From Zymomonas mobilis subsp. mobilis ATCC 10988 (GTDB taxonomy: Bacteria; Pseudomonadota; Alphaproteobacteria; Sphingomonadales; Sphingomonadaceae): DNA of 32,000 nucleotides. Made by a program: the position numbers and the translations under genes. The stretch lies in NCBI RefSeq assembly GCF_000175255.2, contig NC_017262.1, positions 1,890,001-1,922,000 of the forward strand, in the 5' to 3' direction. The notes below the pieces were generated by a model. That model made no database searches. It was given only the letters and a program-made list of their open reading frames with translations, and had not been told where the DNA came from. Shown here piece after piece: positions 1 to 10,231 of this stretch (its first letter is position 1; the number at the start of each line of letters is the position of its first letter).

Positions 1-937
1 CATCAATCGCTCTACCAATACAAACAGCCCGAGCATGAGCAATCTCTTCGGTGTTATTATAATCTGGCTGCTTAGGAGGAAGGAGGTCTGGAGCGATTGT
101 TTTGAAAAGATGGATAATTTCATCTTTACCTAAATCGCCTGAAGCATAGGCATCTTCAAGATCAAGGATATTGTAGCAAATATCATCTGCGGCTTCGACC
201 AGAAAAACTAACGGATCACGCCGCCACCAGCAGCGATCATTCGTCTTTTCAGATTTTAGCTCAAGGGCTTCAGCCACTTCTTCAAAAAGAGCTAATTCAC
301 TTTTAAAAATACCGCTTTTTTTAAGACCGCAATAGGGGTGATCTGTAAAGGCCTGCTTTTGAATATCAGCTGTTACCGGATATTTAACAAAAGCTCCCAA
401 TACACCATAAGACAGGCGCATCCCTCCCTCATAGCGGTACATTTCAAGCTGGGTCAGCAAACGAAAGCCTTGGGCATTGCCGTCAAAACTCTTAAATTCT
501 TCTCTGTCTTCAGGCGCAATGGCTTTTAACAAAGGGGATGATTCTGCCATTTTTTGAGCGAACCACGCGCCGATGGCATTTTCTCCGGCATGACCAAAAG
601 GCGGATTGCCAATATCATGGGCAAGACAAGCCGCTTGAACAATCCCAGCAATAGTGTGGCGTTCTCCTTCTGTAATTTCCTTTTGATTTTCTAGCCAATG
701 ACCGATTTTTATACCCAAAGATCTTCCAACACTGGCGGTTTCAACGCTATGAATAAGACGATGATGAATATGGTCATTTTCATAAAGCGGATGAACTTGC
801 GTTTTATTCGCCAACCGCCGGAAAGCGGATGAAAAAGTAATCCGGTCTGCATCTTGAATAAAAGCAGGGCGATCCTGATTTTGCTGATAATCAGGTGCCG
901 ATAGCCGCTTGTGGCTCAGTAGTCTTTCCCATTTCAT
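1..937 (-). CDS. dgt: dGTP triphosphohydrolase-like HD-domain protein (partial, C-terminus beyond window)
   Basis: My reverse-strand translation from ATG at 937: MKWERLLSHKRLSAPDYQQNQDRPAFIQDADRITFSSAFRRLANKTQVHPLYENDHIHHRLIHSVETASVGRSLG...ACLAHDIGNPPFGHAGENAIGAWF. HD-domain signature (HDIGNPPFGHAGE) typical of dGTPases. Not in the ORF track because it runs off the edge. Confidence 0.92.
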   Translation of the reverse strand, partial: MKWERLLSHKRLSAPDYQQNQDRPAFIQDADRITFSSAFRRLANKTQVHPLYENDHIHHRLIHSVETASVGRSLGIKIGHWLENQKEITEGERHTIAGIVQAACLAHDIGNPPFGHAGENAIGAWFAQKMAESSPLLKAIAPEDREEFKSFDGNAQGFRLLTQLEMYRYEGGMRLSYGVLGAFVKYPVTADIQKQAFTDHPYCGLKKSGIFKSELALFEEVAEALELKSEKTNDRCWWRRDPLVFLVEAADDICYNILDLEDAYASGDLGKDEIIHLFKTIAPDLLPPKQPDYNNTEEIAHARAVCIGRAID

Positions 938-1041
938 TTCGTCTATTCCAAAGAGATTTATTCAAATATCACTATAAAATAGGTCGCTTCGGGATAGAAA
1001 ACAGTCGGTCTTCCCTATTTTAATTTGATCAAGGTATTCCA

Positions 1042-4000
1042 ATGAAGCGTTTCTGGGCTGATCTCCATGTTCATTCCCGTTTTGCCCGTGCCACCAGCCG
1101 TAATCTTGATCTTGAGCATCTCGCCCTAGGTTCAGCGGAAAAAGGCATCCAGCTTGTTGCAACGGGGGATTGCACCTATCCGGCATGGCGGCAGGAAATG
1201 AAAGAAAGGCTTTACGCTGAAGGGAATGGCCTGTTTCGCCTCAAGCCTGAAATCGAACGTCCCCTCATGGCAACACTGCCTTCTGGTTGCCAAAAAGAAG
1301 TCCGCTTTATTATTTCGGGCGAAATTTCGACTATTTATAAAAAAGGCGATAAAACCCGAAAAGTGCATCATCTGGTGTATCATTCTTCCTTTGATGCGGC
1401 TGATCGCTTTGCAGAAAAATTGGCAAAGATCGGAAATATTGTTTCAGATGGCCGTCCAATTCTGGGTCTAGATTCACGGGATTTACTCGAAATAACCCTA
1501 GAATCTGGAAAAGATTCATGGCTCGCGCCGGCTCATATCTGGACGCCGTGGTTTTCTGCGCTGGGATCAAAATCAGGCTTTGATTCTATCGAAGAATGTT
1601 ATGGCGACTTGGCCAGCCATATTTTCGCCGCCGAAACCGGTCTGTCATCTGATCCTGAAATGAACTGGCGCGTTTCATCGCTTGACCGTTATCGTCTAAT
1701 TTCTAGTTCTGATGCGCATTCTCCGGCAAAATTGGGACGAGAGGCCACGCTTTTTTCCTGCGAAATGGGATTCCAGCCTCTCCGCCACGCCTTGGAAACA
1801 GGCGAAGGCTATGTGGGTACCGTTGAATTCTTCCCTGAAGAAGGCAAATACCATGCCGATGGGCATCGTAATTGTCATATTCGCCTTAATCCCAAAGAAA
1901 CTTTAGCTTTGGATGGCCTCTGTCCGGTTTGTGGCAAACCTCTTACGATTGGTGTTGCCCATCGGGTCGAGATGCTAGCTGACCGCGAAGAAGCCATTCC
2001 ACCCGCGACTGCAGGCGAGGTTAGCAGCCTGATTCCATTACCTGAAATTCTGGGGGAATTGCTGGGTGTAGGCTCCACCAGTCGCAAAGTTGCGGAACGC
2101 TACACCGAAAGTTTGCGGGTCTTAGGTTCTGAAATGGCGATTTTGCACCATGTTCCTTTGGAAGAGATGCAGGCCATCCATCCTTTATTGGAAGAGGCTA
2201 TTCGTCGTTTGCGGGCGGGCAAAGTCATCCGTCAGGCCGGATATGACGGGGAATATGGCGTTATTCGTTTATTTGAAAAAGAGGAAATGGAAAAACTGAC
2301 CAAGGGCGGCTTGCTTTTTCCGGTTACCGAGATGGTCAAGCCTTCACGCCGTCCGATAACAAAAACATCCTTACCTTCGGATGATAATCGCGCCTTTCAA
2401 GCCAGTCCTAACCTCCCCAATGTCGATCGAGAAGATCTCGCTAGAGATATCCCTAATTATCCGATGTTATCGACTTTGGATAGCGACCAAAAGGCTGCTG
2501 CTTTGATAACGGACAAAGCCTTGATGGTTCTCGCGGGACCCGGTTCCGGCAAAACCAAAATGCTGACCCAGCGCATCGCCCATCTGATACAGAAAAAGGC
2601 TATCCCTGCTGAAAAATGTCTGCTTCTCACTTTTACACGACGAGCCACTGACGAATTAAAGGCAAGGGTGAAGCAACTTCTGCCAGAAACGGAGAGCCCG
2701 CCGATTATTCATAGCTTCCATTCTTTGGCTCTCGATATGCTCAAAAAAGATAGCAAGGCTTTTGGTCTTGCTGCTGATTTCCGCATCGTGGATCCACAGA
2801 GTTTGAAAAAAGCCTTCATGGAAATGTCTAATCTATCTTCTAAAAGAGCAGATGAAGCATTGGAACGCTTTTCTCTTCTGAAAAAATCGGGAGAGGTCGG
2901 TGACCTCGAAGAAGAAATACTCCGTCAAAGCCTTGAAAATCTGAAACAAGACAATCACTGGCTCGACTTTGATGATCTTCTCATCAAGGTCGTTAATGGT
3001 TTGGAAAATAATGCGTCTTTGCGAGAAAAATGGGCAACTGCCTTTTCTTTTCTGTCAGTAGACGAATTTCAGGATATCGACATCTGGCAATATCGCCTTG
3101 TCTGGCTTCTGACGGGGAGGAATACCCAGCTAACCGTGATCGGTGATCCCGATCAGGCTATTTATCATTTTCGTGGGGCGGATTCCGAATGCTTCACCCG
3201 CTTACAACAAGATTTTCCTGAGATTGTCTGTCGTCGTCTTAATCGCAATTACCGTTCTATGGCTGATATTGTGGCGGCGGCCAATCGTATCATGCCAGAG
3301 AACAAGGGGCAGGCGTTACGAGGGCAGGGGGATAAAATTCTACTTTATCTAGCAAGTGATGAGGCGGATGAAGCCCGCTTTGTTGTCCAAAAGATAGAAG
3401 AATTGATGGGCGGCCATGACATGCTCACTGCCCAAAACGGGAAGAACACTGCGAAAAGCCAGGAAACAGCTTTCGGTTTTCGAGATTTCTCCGTGCTGTA
3501 TCGCCATAATTTTCAAGCCAAAGCTTTTGAGAAAGCCTTCAATCAGGCTGGCATCCCTTTCCGTAAAACAGCCCCCATTCCGATTACCTGCCATCTCGCA
3601 GTGAAAGCCTTTATCGAGAAAATTGAACAAAGCCCGCAAGAAACACTTCAAGATCGATTAATCGTGCTTAAAAATATCACCACTGAACTAGCACAGGAAA
3701 ATCAAGGAGAAGAGGCGGTTCTATCTCCGGCAGACAGGGAACAAGCCTATTCATGGCTCAAAATCATAGCGGAAAAATCTGGACAACAAAGCCATACTTT
3801 TTTCTTGGAGCAGATTGCCTTGGCAAATGAAGTCGATTTTCATGATCAACGAGGCGACAGAGTTTCTCTGATGACGATGCACGCATCAAAAGGACTGGAA
3901 TTCTCAGCTGTTTTTGTCACAGGTCTCGAGGAAGAAAATTTTAACCTGCATCATCAGCCTGATAATCCGACCGAAATAGCCGAGGAAAAACGCCTCTTCT

Positions 4001-4185
4001 ATGTCGCTTTAACGCGCGCTCGTGATTATCTGTTTCTAAGCTATGCTAAAAAACGCTTTATCTACGGCGAATATCAAAAACAGACCACTGCCGCTTTTCT
4101 CAATCTTTTAAAAGACATGCTTGTGACCGAGACACCTAAAAAACGTCTATTTAATGATAGAAAGGCGCAATACAGCCTATTCTAG
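1042..4185 (+). CDS. Fusion protein: N-terminal PHP / endonuclease Q-like domain plus C-terminal UvrD/REP-type SF1A DNA helicase
   Basis: N-term PHP motifs ADLHVHSRFA, ATGDCTYP, ISGEIST, PAHIWTPWFS, SSSDAHSP, then a Cys-rich motif (NCHIRL...LCPVCGKPLTIGVAHRVEMLADR). C-term helicase motifs: LAGPGSGKTKMLTQR (Walker A), DEFQDID (Walker B), GDPDQAIYHFRGA, RLNRNYRS, MTMHASKGLEF, LFYVALTRARDYLF. Confidence 0.93.
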   Translation: MKRFWADLHVHSRFARATSRNLDLEHLALGSAEKGIQLVATGDCTYPAWRQEMKERLYAEGNGLFRLKPEIERPLMATLPSGCQKEVRFIISGEISTIYKKGDKTRKVHHLVYHSSFDAADRFAEKLAKIGNIVSDGRPILGLDSRDLLEITLESGKDSWLAPAHIWTPWFSALGSKSGFDSIEECYGDLASHIFAAETGLSSDPEMNWRVSSLDRYRLISSSDAHSPAKLGREATLFSCEMGFQPLRHALETGEGYVGTVEFFPEEGKYHADGHRNCHIRLNPKETLALDGLCPVCGKPLTIGVAHRVEMLADREEAIPPATAGEVSSLIPLPEILGELLGVGSTSRKVAERYTESLRVLGSEMAILHHVPLEEMQAIHPLLEEAIRRLRAGKVIRQAGYDGEYGVIRLFEKEEMEKLTKGGLLFPVTEMVKPSRRPITKTSLPSDDNRAFQASPNLPNVDREDLARDIPNYPMLSTLDSDQKAAALITDKALMVLAGPGSGKTKMLTQRIAHLIQKKAIPAEKCLLLTFTRRATDELKARVKQLLPETESPPIIHSFHSLALDMLKKDSKAFGLAADFRIVDPQSLKKAFMEMSNLSSKRADEALERFSLLKKSGEVGDLEEEILRQSLENLKQDNHWLDFDDLLIKVVNGLENNASLREKWATAFSFLSVDEFQDIDIWQYRLVWLLTGRNTQLTVIGDPDQAIYHFRGADSECFTRLQQDFPEIVCRRLNRNYRSMADIVAAANRIMPENKGQALRGQGDKILLYLASDEADEARFVVQKIEELMGGHDMLTAQNGKNTAKSQETAFGFRDFSVLYRHNFQAKAFEKAFNQAGIPFRKTAPIPITCHLAVKAFIEKIEQSPQETLQDRLIVLKNITTELAQENQGEEAVLSPADREQAYSWLKIIAEKSGQQSHTFFLEQIALANEVDFHDQRGDRVSLMTMHASKGLEFSAVFVTGLEEENFNLHHQPDNPTEIAEEKRLFYVALTRARDYLFLSYAKKRFIYGEYQKQTTAAFLNLLKDMLVTETPKKRLFNDRKAQYSLF

Positions 4186-4209
4186 AAAAGCAATTTCTTT
4201 AAAATTTCC

Positions 4210-4250
4210 AAGTCGATGCTCTTTCTTAGGGCATCGACTTATTTTTTATT
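4210..4250 (+). terminator. Rho-independent terminator after the PHP-UvrD gene
   Basis: AAGTCGATGC (4210-4219) / GCATCGACTT (4231-4240), perfect 10-bp stem, followed by ATTTTTTATT. Confidence 0.85.
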
Positions 4251-4490
4251 CACAGATAAAAATGCCTATTTGTTAAAAAATGCAAAACAAAAACAATGTA
4301 AAAGAATATTATATAAATTTTCAAAAAATGAAAAATATGAAAATAATACTATTAAATTAAATAAACTTTATAAAATGATGAAAAATTACAAATAAAAACC
4401 CTAAATAAAACCACACTTCATGCTGTTTATAAATAAGGACTTCTTTTCTTAGAAAATCAGTTGGTCATTTATTGAACAGCATGGGGGATT

Positions 4491-7400
4491 ATGACGAAGC
4501 GAAAACTTTCAAAGCGTAGCCTTTGGCTAGCGGGGGTCACTTTTCTTATTCAAGCGGGGGTTACGTTAGCTTTTCCTTCATCTGCTGAAGCTATTGTTAT
4601 CAATGATAACGAAACACCGGACAGTGTTTTGGATCAGACTAATTTCACAGGCATTGGTCAAATGGTCACCGATACAAAAAACGGTAATCTGACGACATGC
4701 ACTGGCACTTTAATCAATCCAAGAACCGTTTTGTTCTCGGCACATTGTGTCAATAATGAAGCGGCGACCAGCTATGGTTCAGGGCAGGGCGGGACACCGG
4801 TCAGCTTTGGTTTCGCAGTGGATAATAAAGACGCCGTTACAAACTGGTTATCTTCGGGGCAACGTTATCAAACCAATGTCGGGCAAGGAATCTATACAGT
4901 CGAGCAGGTAAATTATAACCCTGCCTCGATTGATCCTTCCGGCAAAAACTATCTGCATAGCGATATCGCCACCGCTACGCTTGACACACCGGCCTCTGAT
5001 GTTCCGACATGGTCGTTGCTTTTTTCTCCACTGACCGGAAATAGCGGCAGTGCGGATAAAAATGGCACGGGTTATCATGTCTCGATCAGTGGTTACGGGA
5101 TGTCCGGCATCGGTTCGACAGGCGCTACAGAAGCCATAGATTACCGACGGCGTTCTGCCGAAAATATGTTGGGTGCCTTGGCTTCTATGAATGATGTCAC
5201 AGGATTTTTATCGAATACAGCTAATGGCTCAGCACAGAACCTCTATCAGTTTGATTTTGATGATCCGAAGAAAGGGCAGCAAGGGCGCAATCCGAACGAT
5301 ATTGATTTGTTCGGTGATACTGCGCTCCAGAAAGAAGGGATGACAGCTTCCGGTGATTCCGGCGGGCCCCTTATTCTGGATCAAAGTTTTTCGAAAGAGG
5401 TTGTGATCGGCGTTTTGTCCGGTGACAACCGCTATTTTCCAGATCAGGCAGAAAGCAGTTATGGCACATCTGCCTTTTACCAGCCGCTTTATCTTTATTG
5501 GCAATGGATAGCGGCTAATAATCCCTATCATTATGCCACAGCCAAAGCCGGTGATGGGAAATGGAGCGATCCCGACCACTGGTTAAGTCAGGTGGATCCC
5601 CATTATCAGATACTCGACAGCAACGGCCAATTGGTAAACGGTATTCCGTCTACGGCCGAAGCTGGAGAAAAAGGGGACAGCCCGAAATTCGGTAGCCTTT
5701 GCTACGACAACGGGACCAGCCGCTATTGCAAGACCTTAGCGACAGGAAATAATAGCAGTGGACAGGATGCCTTGCCCCAAGCCAGCTTGGAAAATGGTCT
5801 TCCCAATGCCAGTAATTTTGTGCCAGATAATCAAGAATCTGACCGATTAAGCGGTGCCAAAGCGCGCTATTTTGATATTACGCTCTCGGCTGACGGGACA
5901 ACCACGCTTGATATGAATGCCACGGTCGATCGCTTTGCGATAGATGGGGCAGGAGCAAAGCTCGATATCCAAAAAGGTTACCGTTTAAATAGCTTGATAG
6001 ATGTCACCCAATATAATGGCTGGATGAATGTTGATGGTGCGCTGGCAACATCGGGTGATTATGCCATTATCACAGGGCTATTAACAGGTAGCGGCAGCAT
6101 CACCACACCCTATCTGACCAATGTGGCGGGCGTTATTGCTCCGACGGGTAATCTTGCGGTTAATGGTAATCTTGTTCTGTCTTCAGGTAGCCAGCTTGCC
6201 ATTCGGCTAGGCGCAGATCAAACATCAGACAAGCTGACCATTAACGGCTTGGCTAATCTTGGGGGCGCTGTTCGTTTTTCAGCTTTATCGGGGTACAAAC
6301 CGCATAGCGGTGACAAATTTACCTTTCTTACAGCCAGTGACGGCTTATCGGGGCAGTTCGCTAATGCTTCCGGTATAGATGGCATCCTCAATCCGATTTT
6401 AAGCTATGACCAAAATAGCGTCACTGCGATTATAAAAATGAATAACTATCAGGATATTGTTGATAGCCATTCTTCGGTACAAAAAGCCTATGCTCAATTA
6501 CTCGATCAAAATCGCCAAGCGAATGGCACAGGATTGGATAATCTTTATACGCGTTTGGATTTGATGGATGCTGCCCATCTGCAATCGACGCTTGAATCGA
6601 TGGCACCTCGAAATGAAGCTACCATTCGTGCGTTAGATCGAGCGGGTAGCGAAAATATGACCCGTTTTTTCCGGCAACGCCTCAATCGGATCAATCATGA
6701 AGATATGGGTGGTAGCTTAGCTTTCTATGGGCAGCCTTTAGCTTTCGCCTCAGCTTCCTCTTCTCGTAGTTTGGGACAAAGACAGGCTTCGGATATCTCG
6801 GACATGGTTTCCCTGTCTCCCCATATTAAATTTGTCGATACGGTTAGCGCTTTTGTTGCTAGTGGCTATCTCAACGGTCATAACCAGTCGATGCCCTCTT
6901 CCAGCTTGTCCGGCCATGACAATTTTAATGGCTGGTTTTTGGCAGGCGGTGCCGAAATAGCGGCGACTCCCAAGGTGACAGCAGGTATCGGCTTTTCCTA
7001 TAGTAATTTGAATGGAGACAGTTCCAGCGGACAGACTAGTAAAGCCAGTCTGACTCAAGCGACGCTTTACGCTTCTTATAAATTACCGGCTAAATTAATT
7101 TTATCCGGTCAGGTTAGCGGCGGCGTTTTCAGCAGCACGAATAAAAGACGGGGGAGCATCGACAGCCTGAATTACAATTTTAGGCAAAAAGGCTCTTCTT
7201 TCAGTGGTTCAGCTGAAGTCGTCTTGGGACGAGATATTGATCTATCCCATTTGATCATTACGCCTAATATCGCCGTTCGAGGGCAAAAAACCGATGGGAA
7301 CAATCTGACCGATCGGGCCTTAGATGGAAGCGACAGCAGCGCGGCCTTAGAATTATACCGCAAGGCTTATAATTCTGTTCAGACAAGAGCGGGTTTTGAC

Positions 7401-7691
7401 ATCTCTGGTGAAGTCAAAACGCGCGGCGTGACCTTGGTTCCTCATACCAGCGCCCATTATGTCCATGAATTATTGCATCCATCGCAATCGGTAGCAGCCC
7501 GTTTTGTCAATGGTGTTGGTGGCAATGCTGCCTTTATACTCCCCAATAGCGATCATAACTGGGGCGAAGTTGAAGGCGGTCTTAAAATAAAAGGACGTCG
7601 TATTGATTTCGACATTTCGGCTGGCACGGTCTTTGGTCGTCAGGATTTGGCCTATAACGCCTATCGTGGATCGATAACCTATCATTTCTGA
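4491..7691 (+). CDS. Trypsin-like (S1) serine protease autotransporter with C-terminal beta-barrel
   Basis: Signal peptide MTKRKLSKRSLWLAGVTFLIQAGVTLAFPSSAEA; catalytic contexts TVLFSAHCVN, HSDIATATLD, GDSGGPLIL; autotransporter-like passenger (LDMNATVDRFAIDGAGAKLDI..., GSGSITTPYLTNVAGVIAPTGNLAVNGN) and C-terminal beta-domain ending GSITYHF. Confidence 0.88.
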   Translation: MTKRKLSKRSLWLAGVTFLIQAGVTLAFPSSAEAIVINDNETPDSVLDQTNFTGIGQMVTDTKNGNLTTCTGTLINPRTVLFSAHCVNNEAATSYGSGQGGTPVSFGFAVDNKDAVTNWLSSGQRYQTNVGQGIYTVEQVNYNPASIDPSGKNYLHSDIATATLDTPASDVPTWSLLFSPLTGNSGSADKNGTGYHVSISGYGMSGIGSTGATEAIDYRRRSAENMLGALASMNDVTGFLSNTANGSAQNLYQFDFDDPKKGQQGRNPNDIDLFGDTALQKEGMTASGDSGGPLILDQSFSKEVVIGVLSGDNRYFPDQAESSYGTSAFYQPLYLYWQWIAANNPYHYATAKAGDGKWSDPDHWLSQVDPHYQILDSNGQLVNGIPSTAEAGEKGDSPKFGSLCYDNGTSRYCKTLATGNNSSGQDALPQASLENGLPNASNFVPDNQESDRLSGAKARYFDITLSADGTTTLDMNATVDRFAIDGAGAKLDIQKGYRLNSLIDVTQYNGWMNVDGALATSGDYAIITGLLTGSGSITTPYLTNVAGVIAPTGNLAVNGNLVLSSGSQLAIRLGADQTSDKLTINGLANLGGAVRFSALSGYKPHSGDKFTFLTASDGLSGQFANASGIDGILNPILSYDQNSVTAIIKMNNYQDIVDSHSSVQKAYAQLLDQNRQANGTGLDNLYTRLDLMDAAHLQSTLESMAPRNEATIRALDRAGSENMTRFFRQRLNRINHEDMGGSLAFYGQPLAFASASSSRSLGQRQASDISDMVSLSPHIKFVDTVSAFVASGYLNGHNQSMPSSSLSGHDNFNGWFLAGGAEIAATPKVTAGIGFSYSNLNGDSSSGQTSKASLTQATLYASYKLPAKLILSGQVSGGVFSSTNKRRGSIDSLNYNFRQKGSSFSGSAEVVLGRDIDLSHLIITPNIAVRGQKTDGNNLTDRALDGSDSSAALELYRKAYNSVQTRAGFDISGEVKTRGVTLVPHTSAHYVHELLHPSQSVAARFVNGVGGNAAFILPNSDHNWGEVEGGLKIKGRRIDFDISAGTVFGRQDLAYNAYRGSITYHF

Positions 7692-7800
7692 TAGAGAACC
7701 ATGTCCTCAAGATAACAAACAGAAATACGCGTTTATTATACATTCTTTTTTCGGGCAGGTGATTCTCTATTACAGATAATCCTGCCTATCATGATGTATA

Positions 7801-7840
7801 AAAAAGGCCGCTCCCTAGAATAAGGAGCGGCCATTATTTT
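7801..7840. terminator. Likely bidirectional intrinsic terminator downstream of the autotransporter gene
   Basis: AAAAAGGCCGCTCC...GGAGCGGCCATTATTTT: perfect 9-bp stem (7806-7814 / 7824-7832) with A-tract upstream and T-rich tract downstream. Confidence 0.75.
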
Positions 7841-8222
7841 GCCAGTGAGCAAGGGGGCTTACTCAATCACCTGACGATTATACACAGCAATATGGAGCTA
7901 ATTGCCGCATAAAGTGGATTTATTACGGTTAAAATCGTTTAAATCCACCTAATCCCTGTAACAAAAATAAAAGATAGTTCAATTATGGATGTAATATTTT
8001 TTACGTAAATTTTTTTTTAAGCCATCATGAAAAATTAAATATAAAGTCCACCCGCACGTCCTCTTTTGGCTTTGATCGCTTTTATTCCCTGATTTTGTTT
8101 TTATAGAAGTTCCGCTTTCTATCGACTATCATAGCTATCAATCAGATCAATGGCCGGATAAAATCGGCTGATTTTGTCACGACTATTCTATTGTCTTATC
8201 CAGTAAAAAAGGCCGGAATCAG

Positions 8223-9419
8223 GTGAATATATACGAATATCAGGCGATGGCTCTTTTGAATGAACGGGGTGTCTCGGTTGTCCCCGGTTATATGGCCGCC
8301 AATGTAGAAGAAGCCGTCAAAGCGGCAGAACAGCTTTCCTCTCCTCCTTATGTCATCAAATCCCAGATTCTAGCCGGTGGTCGCGGCAAGGGGTATTTCC
8401 GCGAATCTCCGAAAGAGGGCGGTGGCGTCCGTTTGGTCTCTGATATCGCCGCTGTCAAAAAACAGGCAGAATCAATGCTCGGTCGGCATTTGGTCACTGC
8501 CCAGACGGATGATCAGGGTATTCCGGTTGAAAAACTGTTGATTACCGAAGCTGTCTCTATTGCTCGCGAATTTTATCTTTCCCTGTTGGTTGATCGCCAG
8601 ACGGGGCGGGTGACCTTTGTCGCTTCACCCGAAGGCGGTATGGATATCGAAACCGTTGCCAAAGAAAAACCGGAAGCTATTCACCGTATCGCTATTGATC
8701 CAGCAACAGGCTTCCAACCACATCATGGTCGGATGATTGGTTTTGCGCTGGGCTTGTCCGGTGATGTCTTCAAACAAGGCATCAAATTAGCCGCCAGCTT
8801 GTATAAAGCCTTTACGACTTCGGATATGAGTCTGCTTGAAATCAACCCCTTGGTCGAAACCAATGACGGTAAACTTTTACCCGTTGATGCCAAAATCAGC
8901 TTTGACGATAATGCGCTATTCCGCCACCCTGATATTGCGGCCTTAGGGGAAGCAGGTGCTTCTGATCCTTTGGAACAAGAAGCCCGTCAGGCCGGTTTAT
9001 CCTATATCAAGCTGGATGGTAGCATCGGCTGCATGGTCAATGGTGCAGGGCTTGCTATGGGAACGATGGATATAATCCAGCTTCATGGCGAGATGCCTGC
9101 CAACTTCTTGGATGTCGGTGGCGGTGCCAGCAAAGAAAAGGTGGCTGCCGCTTTTCGGATTATTCTTTCTGACCCATCCGTCAAAGGTATTTTGGTCAAT
9201 ATCTTCGGTGGAATTATGCGTTGCGATATCCTCGCAGAAGGCATTATCGCCGCCGCTCGTGAACTGGATATAACAGTGCCTTTGGTCGTCCGGTTAGAAG
9301 GCAACAATGTTAACGAAGGTAAGGCCGCTCTTGTCTCTTCAGGATTGCCTATTATTACAGCCAGTGATCTCGGCGATGCCGCTCAAAAAATCGTAGCCGC
9401 TATCCGGCAGACTGCCTGA
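8223..9419 (+). CDS. sucC: Succinyl-CoA ligase (ADP-forming) subunit beta
   Basis: [25 protein letters not shown]..., [93 protein letters not shown]: classic SucC motifs. Confidence 0.97.
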   Translation: MNIYEYQAMALLNERGVSVVPGYMAANVEEAVKAAEQLSSPPYVIKSQILAGGRGKGYFRESPKEGGGVRLVSDIAAVKKQAESMLGRHLVTAQTDDQGIPVEKLLITEAVSIAREFYLSLLVDRQTGRVTFVASPEGGMDIETVAKEKPEAIHRIAIDPATGFQPHHGRMIGFALGLSGDVFKQGIKLAASLYKAFTTSDMSLLEINPLVETNDGKLLPVDAKISFDDNALFRHPDIAALGEAGASDPLEQEARQAGLSYIKLDGSIGCMVNGAGLAMGTMDIIQLHGEMPANFLDVGGGASKEKVAAAFRIILSDPSVKGILVNIFGGIMRCDILAEGIIAAARELDITVPLVVRLEGNNVNEGKAALVSSGLPIITASDLGDAAQKIVAAIRQTA

Positions 9420-9481
9420 TATTTCAGCTTTCGGTAACACTAACTCCAGCATGCTTCATAAATCGGCAAAGGGAGATTCTG

Positions 9482-10231
9482 ATGAAAGTAATAGTGCCCG
9501 TTAAACGTGTGATTGATTATAATTTGAGACCAAGGGTGAAAACTGATGGCTCAGGAATCGATCTTTCCAATCTTAAAATGTCTCTCAACCCGTTTGATGA
9601 GATCGCGGTCGAAGAAGCCGTTCGGCTGAAAGAAAAAGGCATCGCCAAAGAAGTCGTTCTGGTTTCTATCGGCGTTTCCAAAGCACAGGATCAGTTGAAA
9701 ACCGGTATGGCCATCGGGGCCGACCGCAGCATCTTGATCGAAACCGAAGAAAATGTTGAACCGCTTCACGTCGCCAAATTACTAAAAGCTGTTGTCGATC
9801 AGGAAAAACCAGATTTGGTTATTGCCGGTAAGCAGGCCATTGATGACGACTCCAATCAGACTGGGCAGATGTTGGCAGCGCTACTCGGCTGGCCACAGGG
9901 ATGCTTTGCTTCCAAATTGACGATTGCCGATAATAAAATTGAAGTTACGCGCGAGATTGACGGCGGCCTTGAAACCATCAGCCTCAATCTTCCGGCAGTG
10001 GTTACTTCCGATTTGCGTTTGAACGAACCACGCTTTGTTTCACTTCCCAATATTATCAAAGCACGGAAAAAGCCGATTGAAATCAAAAAGCCGGAAGATT
10101 TCGGTATTGATATCACGCCCCGTTTAAAAACCCTAAAAGTCGAAGAGCCTCCTGTGCGTCAGGCGGGTGAAAAAGTGGAATCCGTAGAAGAATTCGCAGC
10201 GAAACTCAAAGAATGGGGAGTCGGAGCATGA
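9482..10231 (+). CDS. etfB: Electron transfer flavoprotein subunit beta
   Basis: [53 protein letters not shown]...[24 protein letters not shown], EtfB signatures. Confidence 0.97.
   Translation: MKVIVPVKRVIDYNLRPRVKTDGSGIDLSNLKMSLNPFDEIAVEEAVRLKEKGIAKEVVLVSIGVSKAQDQLKTGMAIGADRSILIETEENVEPLHVAKLLKAVVDQEKPDLVIAGKQAIDDDSNQTGQMLAALLGWPQGCFASKLTIADNKIEVTREIDGGLETISLNLPAVVTSDLRLNEPRFVSLPNIIKARKKPIEIKKPEDFGIDITPRLKTLKVEEPPVRQAGEKVESVEEFAAKLKEWGVGA

Noticed and set aside
962-1186. Minus-strand 74-aa ORF overlapping the dgt/helicase intergenic region
   Set aside because: It covers the start of the well-supported 1042-4185 CDS and the shared promoter region, and its translation has no recognisable family character.
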